A stretch of DNA of 52,528 nt from an uncultured Mariniphaga sp. (GTDB taxonomy: Bacteria > Bacteroidota > Bacteroidia > Bacteroidales > Prolixibacteraceae), in the NCBI GenBank assembly GCA_964355145.1, contig CAYHDA010000001.1, positions 19,632 to 72,159 on the forward strand. The letters are read 5' to 3'. Numbering within the stretch: position 1 is the stretch's first letter; the number at the start of each line of letters is the position of its first letter. Positions 18,610 to 26,401 of the stretch are shown in pieces. A model generated the notes under the pieces. That model was given only the letters and a program-made list of their open reading frames with translations. It did no database searches and was not told where the DNA came from. Made by a program: the position numbers and the translations under genes.

Positions 18610-20970
18610 ATGACGAAAAGGATAACTTCGGTATATATTCAATTGCTCTTTTTTGCAATGCTGCTTGCAATGCAAGGATGCCAAAATAACATATCTCCCC
18701 AATTGGGTAAAGATAGGTTGGAGGATGTTATTGCGGCACTAACCACAGAAGAGAAAATAGCTCTTACTGTAGGAGTTGGAGATGGGAAAACTCCACCTCC
18801 CGGCATGCCCGCTTACGACCCAAAATCCGGAATAAGTATCGAAGATGTCACAACAATGAATCATTCGCCTCTCTTTACTCCGACAGTGGATGGTGTACTA
18901 TGGGGAATACCCCGCTTGGGAATAAAATCGACGCTGATGGGTGGTATTACAATTGCTTCCGTTAATCCAAAAGATTCCACTCATGAGGTTCGTTACACTG
19001 CTTTTCCTTCTGAAACGGCAATGGCTGCAACATGGAATACCCCGTTGATCGAAAAGGTTGGTGAAGCGATCGGAAATGAGGTGCTGGAATCCAATGTAGA
19101 CATCATGCTTGAGCCGGGTTTGAATATTCAGCGCAATCCAATGTGCGGCCGCAATTTTGAATATTTTTCAGAAGATCCGCTGCTGTCGGGGAAAATGGCT
19201 GCGGCATATGTCCGCGGGGTGCAGTCTCAGGGAGTAGGTACTGCAATCAAGCATTTTGCTGCCAATAATCAGGAAACGAACAGGCGAACTTATGATGCCA
19301 TCATCAGCCAGCGGGCTCTGCGCGAAATCTATCTCCGGGGATTTGAAATTGCGGTAAAGGAGAGTCATCCATGGTCAATAATGACATCTTATAACAGGCT
19401 GAACGGATTTTATACTGCTGAAAATCCTGAGTTGCTCAAATCAATTGTTCGCAAAGAGTGGGGTTTCGATGGCCTTTTCATGACTGATTGGGACGGATTG
19501 GGAAGCGCAGTGGCCAAGATCAGAGGCGGATGTAACTTACTGATGGGTGGCAGTAAAGCAGAATCGGATGAACTTAAAAAGGCTGTGAAAAACAGAGAAC
19601 TGGATGAAAAAGAATTGGACAAAAGTCTGGAATATGTTCTGAAATTTAAAATGAGAACGCCTCGTTTCAAAGGTTACCAGCCAGCTTTGAGCTATAACAG
19701 TATTTTACATACTGAACTTGCAAGAGCATCGGCAGGTGAGGCGATGGTGTTGCTTAAAAACAAGGGTGCAATCCTCCCATTCAACGCCAATATTAAAACG
19801 GTTGCATTGTTTGGTAAAGGCTCTTATTATTTTGTAGCAAGCGGAACAGGCAGCGGCGAGTCGAAACCAAAACATTCCGTTACGGTAAATGAAGGGGTCA
19901 AAAATGCAGGTTATCAGGTTGTAAAATCCCTCGATGAAACCTATTCGACGTTTGTGGATACAATACTTGTGAATAACAGCAGCGTAGGCGACTATTTCAA
20001 AAGACGGATAATCCCCTTCCATTCAGAATATAATATATCTAAAGCAACAATCGCCGATCAGGTAGCGGTATCTGACATTGCTGTGGTTACCATTGGTCGT
20101 ACAGGTGGAGAAGGACACGATAATGGTTATATCCCACTCGATCATGTTGAGCAGAATCTATTACGCGATGTATGCGAAATCTATCACGCTGCAGGGAAAA
20201 AAGTAGTCGTAGTGCTCAATGTCGGAGGGGCTTTCGAAATTGCCGGATGGCACGACCTCCCCGATGCAATTCTGCTGGCCTGGCAAACCGGTCAGCAAGG
20301 GGGAAATGCTGTTGCTGATGTGCTCAAAGGAGCGATCAATCCTTCCGGAAAACTGCCCGTATCATTCCCCTTGAAGGTTGACGATGTTCCCTCAGCACCC
20401 TACTTTGCCAGCGATTCCGTACTAAAAAAAACCGACGCTAATCCGGTATACTACAACGAAGGAATTTATGTGGGCTATCGTTATTTCGATTCATTTAATG
20501 TGCCAGTGGCGTTCGAATTTGGTTACGGACTTTCCTATACGACTTTTGAATACACTGCTTTAACATTAAGCGGCAAAACATTTTCGGATAATATAAAGGT
20601 GAGCGTTAGTATAAAAAATACCGGAAAGGTTGCGGGCAAAGAGGTGGTTCAGTTATATCTCTCGGCTCCCAATAACAAAATTGAGAAGCCTGCGCATGAA
20701 CTTAAAGGATTTGCAAAAACAAAACTTCTTCAGCCCGGTGAAGTTCAGCAACTCTCCTTTGAACTTGATGCCCGCGCCCTGGCCTCTTTCTGGAGTGGTA
20801 TCGGTGCCTGGATAGCCGACATGGGTGAATACCAGGTACAAATTGGCTCATCTTCTAAAGATATTCGCCTCAAGGCAATGTTTACTTTACCAAAAGAGCT
20901 GGTGACTGAGCGTGTTTTTGACGTGCTTTTTCCTTCTGCAGGGCTTAACGAATTGAGTATTAAAAGATAA
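18610..20970 (+). CDS. Glycoside hydrolase family 3 lipoprotein, tandem paralog of the 16237-18603 enzyme
   Basis: 786 aa with lipobox LAMQGC. It has the same block structure (RNPMCGRNFEYFSEDP, KHFAANNQETNRR, GLFMTDWDG) and long near-identical C-terminal stretches. Confidence 0.9.
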   Translation: MTKRITSVYIQLLFFAMLLAMQGCQNNISPQLGKDRLEDVIAALTTEEKIALTVGVGDGKTPPPGMPAYDPKSGISIEDVTTMNHSPLFTPTVDGVLWGIPRLGIKSTLMGGITIASVNPKDSTHEVRYTAFPSETAMAATWNTPLIEKVGEAIGNEVLESNVDIMLEPGLNIQRNPMCGRNFEYFSEDPLLSGKMAAAYVRGVQSQGVGTAIKHFAANNQETNRRTYDAIISQRALREIYLRGFEIAVKESHPWSIMTSYNRLNGFYTAENPELLKSIVRKEWGFDGLFMTDWDGLGSAVAKIRGGCNLLMGGSKAESDELKKAVKNRELDEKELDKSLEYVLKFKMRTPRFKGYQPALSYNSILHTELARASAGEAMVLLKNKGAILPFNANIKTVALFGKGSYYFVASGTGSGESKPKHSVTVNEGVKNAGYQVVKSLDETYSTFVDTILVNNSSVGDYFKRRIIPFHSEYNISKATIADQVAVSDIAVVTIGRTGGEGHDNGYIPLDHVEQNLLRDVCEIYHAAGKKVVVVLNVGGAFEIAGWHDLPDAILLAWQTGQQGGNAVADVLKGAINPSGKLPVSFPLKVDDVPSAPYFASDSVLKKTDANPVYYNEGIYVGYRYFDSFNVPVAFEFGYGLSYTTFEYTALTLSGKTFSDNIKVSVSIKNTGKVAGKEVVQLYLSAPNNKIEKPAHELKGFAKTKLLQPGEVQQLSFELDARALASFWSGIGAWIADMGEYQVQIGSSSKDIRLKAMFTLPKELVTERVFDVLFPSAGLNELSIKR

Positions 20971-20981
20971 TATCACCAATT

Positions 20982-22088
20982 ATGAGAAGGAAGATATGCT
21001 GTTTTGTTTTTATTCTTTTCTTTTTGGAAATAACAGGGAATGAAAAAGTTATAGCCCAAATTTCACCGTTGTCTCAAAACGGGGGTATTCCTGATCCTCA
21101 GTTAAGTCAAAAAGATAACGATTATTTGGATCGGCAGGCAAAAGTATTTCTTGACACTGTGCAATCGATACTAACCCTTTATCCGCCTGTTTTGCATGAA
21201 GGAAGTGAACGGGGAATGGCAAAATTATTGATGGATGCCGTTTTTCATGAAAAATATGCTGCATTTAGAAAGCCGGCGCAGACATTTTTTCATACAGAGA
21301 TTAGTCAGTTGATCAAAGAACTGAAAGAAACCAAAGTTGAGAAAGGAGCAAAAATCTGGAAGGTTTATAACATGGGGTTTATCGTCCGAACAAAGTCGGT
21401 AACACTTGCTTTTGACCTTGTTGGCGGAGAAACTTCTAAGTCACCTGCTTTTGGCTTGTCTGCTGCCGAGCTGCAACATATCGTCCAACAGTGTGATGTC
21501 TTGTTTATTAGTCACAAACATGCAGATCATGCAAACAAGGCTGTTACCGAATATTTTCTTCAGATGGGTAAACCGGTAATTGCTCCTGATGAGATATGGA
21601 AAGACGAACCTGTCTTTTCGAAGATCATTCATTTGGATCGGATTCCGGAAAAAGCTCAAAAGCTCAAATTGTCAAATAATTTTGTGCTTGATGTGATTAT
21701 TTATCCTGGTCATCAGTTGCATTCGGCAGACAATAATGTAGCACTGGTAAAAACTCCTGAGGGTATAACAGTGGCGCATCTGGGTGATCAGATTAATGAG
21801 GGTGATATGATGATTGATTATGAATGGATTGATAAAATTGCACAAAATCATGAGGTTGATATCCTTATACCCAATGCCTGGACGACTGATATCTGCAGAA
21901 TCGTCAAAGGTTTTAATCCAAAACTGGTCATTCCGGGGCATGAACTGGAATTGGGACATACTGTGTGGGACAGACTTCCTTATTGGGGAGATGACCAATA
22001 TCTGGAACTAAATTATGCTGAATTAAAAGCCTCGGAATATCCAGTCGTTGTAATGGTCTGGGGCGAATCCTATACCTATTTGCCCTAA
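20982..22088 (+). CDS. Secreted metallo-beta-lactamase-fold hydrolase
   Basis: 368 aa with a signal peptide. It has the HxHxDH motif (ISHKHADHAN) and downstream His/Asp ligand candidates (GHQLH, HLGD, PGHELELGH). Confidence 0.7.
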   Translation: MRRKICCFVFILFFLEITGNEKVIAQISPLSQNGGIPDPQLSQKDNDYLDRQAKVFLDTVQSILTLYPPVLHEGSERGMAKLLMDAVFHEKYAAFRKPAQTFFHTEISQLIKELKETKVEKGAKIWKVYNMGFIVRTKSVTLAFDLVGGETSKSPAFGLSAAELQHIVQQCDVLFISHKHADHANKAVTEYFLQMGKPVIAPDEIWKDEPVFSKIIHLDRIPEKAQKLKLSNNFVLDVIIYPGHQLHSADNNVALVKTPEGITVAHLGDQINEGDMMIDYEWIDKIAQNHEVDILIPNAWTTDICRIVKGFNPKLVIPGHELELGHTVWDRLPYWGDDQYLELNYAELKASEYPVVVMVWGESYTYLP

Positions 22089-22158
22089 CCAAAATCTTTG
22101 AAATATAAATTAGTATAGAAAATTAATAACATAAAGCCTTAAAATAAAATAGCAGCGC

Positions 22159-23610
22159 ATGAATTTTTTAAGTAATACACAAAAGTACACGTTGGCGGGT
22201 ATCCTGATGGGAATTGTAATTCTGTCGTTTTTTTTCCGCTTCCCGATACATATTGAAAATGCGCTTACATTAGAAACAGAGCCTGATTTTGGTATTCATA
22301 TCCCGGTTTGGAAAATATTATTTGAGCCCGTCTTGGGTCTCTTATTGTTTTATAACCGTTCATTTCATTCCTTAACTGAGATGCGGTTGCTATTATTTTG
22401 GGTTTTGGCAGTTTTTATTGTTTATAGCCTGATAAAAACATTCATAATCAAAAACAAGCAAAAAAGATCGGGATTTGTACTTTTGCAATTAGTTAATATT
22501 CCAATAGTTATCGGTTTGTGGTTTGTCGTGTTTGTAATCATAGTTTTCATCCCCTTACCAAATAATACCATAATAAATAACTCCCAAAATTCTGTTTTGG
22601 TAACTACTCACTCCCATACGCAATTTAGCCACGACGGTCTTATTTCGCAACAGGGACTATGGAAATGGCATAAACGAAATGGTTTTGATGCATTTTTCAT
22701 AACAGATCATAATAACCATGATCAAACCTTCGATTTTGTGCAGGCACAGCGCGATCATAAATTCCCGCAAGAGCCCCTTGTAATGTGCGGCGAAGAATTT
22801 TCGGGAAGCAATCATTTAAGTCTGCTCGGTCTGAAGGTAAAATTTAGTATGAAAGGGATATCCGATTCAACGGCTATTCAGCTGGCACATGCCTCAAACG
22901 GAGCTGTAATCGTAAACCATTGGTTTGATGGGGAGCGTAACTCTCTTGAATATTATAAGAACCTGAACGTTGATGGCTTTGAAATTGAAAACAGCGCTAC
23001 AGATTTAACCTATGAAAGAGATGTTTATCAGAATATTAAAGATTTTTGCGGGCGTAATACTCTAATCATGAATGGTGGTCTGGATTTCCATGGATATGGC
23101 AATGCCTGCTCTTTATGGAATGCTTTTGAGATACCGGGATGGAAAAACCTAACCCCGGCTCTAAAAGAAGAGGCGATCCTTAATATTATAAAAACCCATG
23201 ACCAAAGCAAAATCAAAGTACTGCTGTACAAAGACAGACCCTATTATACCATGAAATATCTTTTGTTCAGTCCGGTATTTACCTTCATTAATTATTTCAG
23301 AACATTGAATAGCTTTCAGGTAATCTCCTGGATATTTTGGATATTGGTAATGATGTGGATTGTAAACAGAGGCGGCAATAAATACAGGGCAGAAAAACAA
23401 TCCCCTTCTCAGCGATTTGTGCCTGCTCTCGGTGTAATTGGGGCTTTATTTATGATTAGCTTAGGCGCTGTTTATTATGCACAAATTAAAGTGATCGAAG
23501 ATTATACAAAAATGTACCGCGAATACAGTGAGCTTTTATTATATGTTGGCATAGTATTTCTGGTTTATTCCGGTTCGGTGCTATTTTTCAGAAATTTCAA
23601 TCGAAAGTGA
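22159..23610 (+). CDS. Membrane-embedded PHP-domain metal-dependent phosphoesterase (CehA/McbA-like)
   Basis: 483 aa. About 4 N-terminal and 3 C-terminal TM helices flank a soluble domain with the PHP motifs TTHSHTQFSHDG and FFITDHNNHD. Confidence 0.6.
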   Translation: MNFLSNTQKYTLAGILMGIVILSFFFRFPIHIENALTLETEPDFGIHIPVWKILFEPVLGLLLFYNRSFHSLTEMRLLLFWVLAVFIVYSLIKTFIIKNKQKRSGFVLLQLVNIPIVIGLWFVVFVIIVFIPLPNNTIINNSQNSVLVTTHSHTQFSHDGLISQQGLWKWHKRNGFDAFFITDHNNHDQTFDFVQAQRDHKFPQEPLVMCGEEFSGSNHLSLLGLKVKFSMKGISDSTAIQLAHASNGAVIVNHWFDGERNSLEYYKNLNVDGFEIENSATDLTYERDVYQNIKDFCGRNTLIMNGGLDFHGYGNACSLWNAFEIPGWKNLTPALKEEAILNIIKTHDQSKIKVLLYKDRPYYTMKYLLFSPVFTFINYFRTLNSFQVISWIFWILVMMWIVNRGGNKYRAEKQSPSQRFVPALGVIGALFMISLGAVYYAQIKVIEDYTKMYREYSELLLYVGIVFLVYSGSVLFFRNFNRK

Positions 23611-23756
23611 TAAAATAAATATTAAAATAAAAGAGGATGGAAAGGAAACGTAATATGATAAATGGGGCAGACTTGGCTGTAAAGTTGACTGGTTTTACCG
23701 GGCTTCGGATTGTTATGGCCATTTTATTGAATAAAATCAAGGGAGGAAAGATAGGC

Positions 23757-26351
23757 ATGGCTTTAAAACTCAATTTTCAGGCTGCTTTCTTTTTGTTATT
23801 TGCTCTGCAAACTTTGCCGGTATCCGCTCAGCAAGCAGATAAAAAAGTGCTGTACCTCGATTATACGAAACCATTCAAACAGCGGGTGGATGATTTGCTT
23901 ACCCGAATGACGCTCGAAGAAAAATTATCGCAGATGATAACCCGCATCCCAGCTGATTTGCCACGCCTTGGCATCTCAGGATACCAGTGGGGAGGCGAGG
24001 CCGGTCATTGTGTTAGTGCGCGGGCCAACGATTTCCCAACGATTTTCCCGGTACCAATTGCTCAGGCCGCCACCTGGAACAGGAAACTGAACCTGGCCAT
24101 TGGCAGTGCATTGGCGGAGGAGGCAAGGCCCCGTTTCCATGCCGGGATGAATAAATCAACCCTCACTTTTTGGGCGCCGGTAGTCGAAATGGCCCGCGAC
24201 CCACGTTGGGGACGTACCGAGGAGTGTTATGGAGAAGACCCGTTTCTCACTGCTCAGCTCAGTTTACAGTTTGTAAAGGGAATTCAGGGCGATCATCCCA
24301 AATACCTGAAAGGGATCGCCGCACCCAAACATTTTGCCATGAACAATGAAGAGTGGTGTCGCCATAACGGATCATCCGACGTTGACGAACAACTGCTGCG
24401 TGAGTATTACCTTAAACCTTATCAGGTGTTGGTTCAGGAGGGCAAACCCGAACAGATCATGGCAGCATACAATCGGCTGAATGGCGTTCCCTGTACAGGA
24501 AATAAACAGCTATTGACTGATATTCTGCGCGGTGAATGGGGATTTGATGGAACAGTGGTTTCCGATTGCAATGGACTCAAAGATTTTTATGAAGGTCATA
24601 AATATGTCAAAGGACCGGAGGAAGCCATTGCTTTGGCCCTGAATTCTGGTATGGATATTGAATGCGGAGATTGTTTCAGGGATCATCTGGCTGATGTTGT
24701 GCGGAAGGGGTTGGTTTCTGAAGCCACCATCGATTCGGCCGTGTTTCGGATCCTTGTTTCACGTTTCAGACTTGGACTTTACGATCCTCCGGAATTAGTA
24801 CCTTATACTAAAATTCCACTTTCGGCGGTTCATAGTGATGCCCATCTCGAATTGGCACGGCAATTGGCTCGCGAATCAATCGTTTTGTTGAAAAACAAGG
24901 GTGCCCTTTTACCGTTGGATAAAAATAAAGTAAAAACAGTCGCAGTAATCGGACCAAATGCTGCTGTTTGCCAGCTGGGAGGGTACACCGGTCCCTTTTC
25001 TCATGTGGTTTCTCCCTTACAGGGAATTATTAACAAACTGGACAGTACTAAAGTGAAATTTGTGAAAGGCACCGACATTAAAATTACCTTGCCTGCCATT
25101 CAAACTGAATATCTTATCCCGGAAGGAGGAAAACCTGGAGAACATGGTTTGAAAGGCGAATACTTTAGCAATACCGATTGTTCAGGAAAACCGGTATTAA
25201 CCCGCATTGATCCCGTGATTGATTTTAATTTTGGAAGGGGAGGAGCTATTTCTGATTTACCTGTGGATTACTATTCGGTGAGGTGGACCGGAAAATTTGT
25301 TGCTCCTGTTTCTGGTCCCTATTATATTGGCGGTGATTTCGATGATGCTATCCGTCTTTATTTTGATGGTAAAAAAATTATAGACAAAACCCTCAACAGG
25401 AACCGTTCGTCAGCTGCTGTAAAAATAGAAGTTGAGAAGGGAAAACAATATGATCTTCGCCTCGAATATACTGAACAGTGGTACAGCGCACATGTAAAAC
25501 TTTGGGGTGCACCTTCAAATCCTGATAAATTTGCCGGGGCAGTTGAGGCGGCCCGAATCGCTGATGTGGCTGTTGTGGTTCTGGGGACCGACGAAAGTGT
25601 CGAGAAAGAAGGTGTCGATCGATCTGATCTGGATTTGCCTGGCGATCAGGAAGATTTGGTTAAGGCAGTGCTTAAAGCTAATCCAAAAACTATCGTCGTT
25701 ATGCAAAATGGCGGCACTTTGTCTATTAACTGGGTTCAGGAAAATGTTCCTGCAATTGTTGAATCCTGGTATAATGGGGAAGAAGGTGGAAATGCCCTTG
25801 CCGATGTACTCTTTGGTGATACTAATCCTGCTGGGCGCCTACCCATGACCTTCTATAAATCCGTTGATAACATGCCTTCAATCAGCGACTATGATATTCG
25901 CAAAGGGAGGACTTACATGTATGGTAACAATGTGAGCGATAAATCACAAATCTGTGAGGTGCTTTATCCGTTCGGATTTGGACTCAGCTATACTCAGTTT
26001 AGTTACGGAAAATTACAGGTGATCTCTAAAACTGCTGATGCTGCAGGAAATATAACCGCCAGAGTTGTTGTGAAAAATACTGGATCACGTACAGGAGATG
26101 AGGTGGTTCAACTTTATGCACATGATGAAAAATCGAACGTGCTCAGGCCTGAAAAACAATTGGTAAGTTTAGACCGGATCACACTTCAGCCCAATGAGAG
26201 TAAGACTGTCGAGCTTGTGTTTCCGGCAAAGGATCTTGCTTATTGGGATGTTAACAAAAAAGCTTTTATCGTTGAGCCAGGAACTTTTAAATTAATGGTT
26301 GGCAGTTCTTCTGCGGATATAAAGTCAACCGAAACAGTGTTGGTGAAATAG
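23757..26351 (+). CDS. Glycoside hydrolase family 3 (BglX-like beta-glucosidase/xylosidase) with an inserted PA14 domain
   Basis: Signal peptide ending LPVSAQQ. GH3 blocks ARDPRWGRTEECYGEDP and KHFAMNNEE, with nucleophile context GTVVSDCNG. PA14 (GLKGEYFSN...YSVRWTGKF...) lies at about nt 25146-25510. ATG 23757 is preferred over 23637. Confidence 0.9.
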   Translation: MALKLNFQAAFFLLFALQTLPVSAQQADKKVLYLDYTKPFKQRVDDLLTRMTLEEKLSQMITRIPADLPRLGISGYQWGGEAGHCVSARANDFPTIFPVPIAQAATWNRKLNLAIGSALAEEARPRFHAGMNKSTLTFWAPVVEMARDPRWGRTEECYGEDPFLTAQLSLQFVKGIQGDHPKYLKGIAAPKHFAMNNEEWCRHNGSSDVDEQLLREYYLKPYQVLVQEGKPEQIMAAYNRLNGVPCTGNKQLLTDILRGEWGFDGTVVSDCNGLKDFYEGHKYVKGPEEAIALALNSGMDIECGDCFRDHLADVVRKGLVSEATIDSAVFRILVSRFRLGLYDPPELVPYTKIPLSAVHSDAHLELARQLARESIVLLKNKGALLPLDKNKVKTVAVIGPNAAVCQLGGYTGPFSHVVSPLQGIINKLDSTKVKFVKGTDIKITLPAIQTEYLIPEGGKPGEHGLKGEYFSNTDCSGKPVLTRIDPVIDFNFGRGGAISDLPVDYYSVRWTGKFVAPVSGPYYIGGDFDDAIRLYFDGKKIIDKTLNRNRSSAAVKIEVEKGKQYDLRLEYTEQWYSAHVKLWGAPSNPDKFAGAVEAARIADVAVVVLGTDESVEKEGVDRSDLDLPGDQEDLVKAVLKANPKTIVVMQNGGTLSINWVQENVPAIVESWYNGEEGGNALADVLFGDTNPAGRLPMTFYKSVDNMPSISDYDIRKGRTYMYGNNVSDKSQICEVLYPFGFGLSYTQFSYGKLQVISKTADAAGNITARVVVKNTGSRTGDEVVQLYAHDEKSNVLRPEKQLVSLDRITLQPNESKTVELVFPAKDLAYWDVNKKAFIVEPGTFKLMVGSSSADIKSTETVLVK

Positions 26352-26401
26352 CCTAAGCAGGAGGATGATGAATTCTGAACTTGAATCAAAAAACACGCTT
26401 T

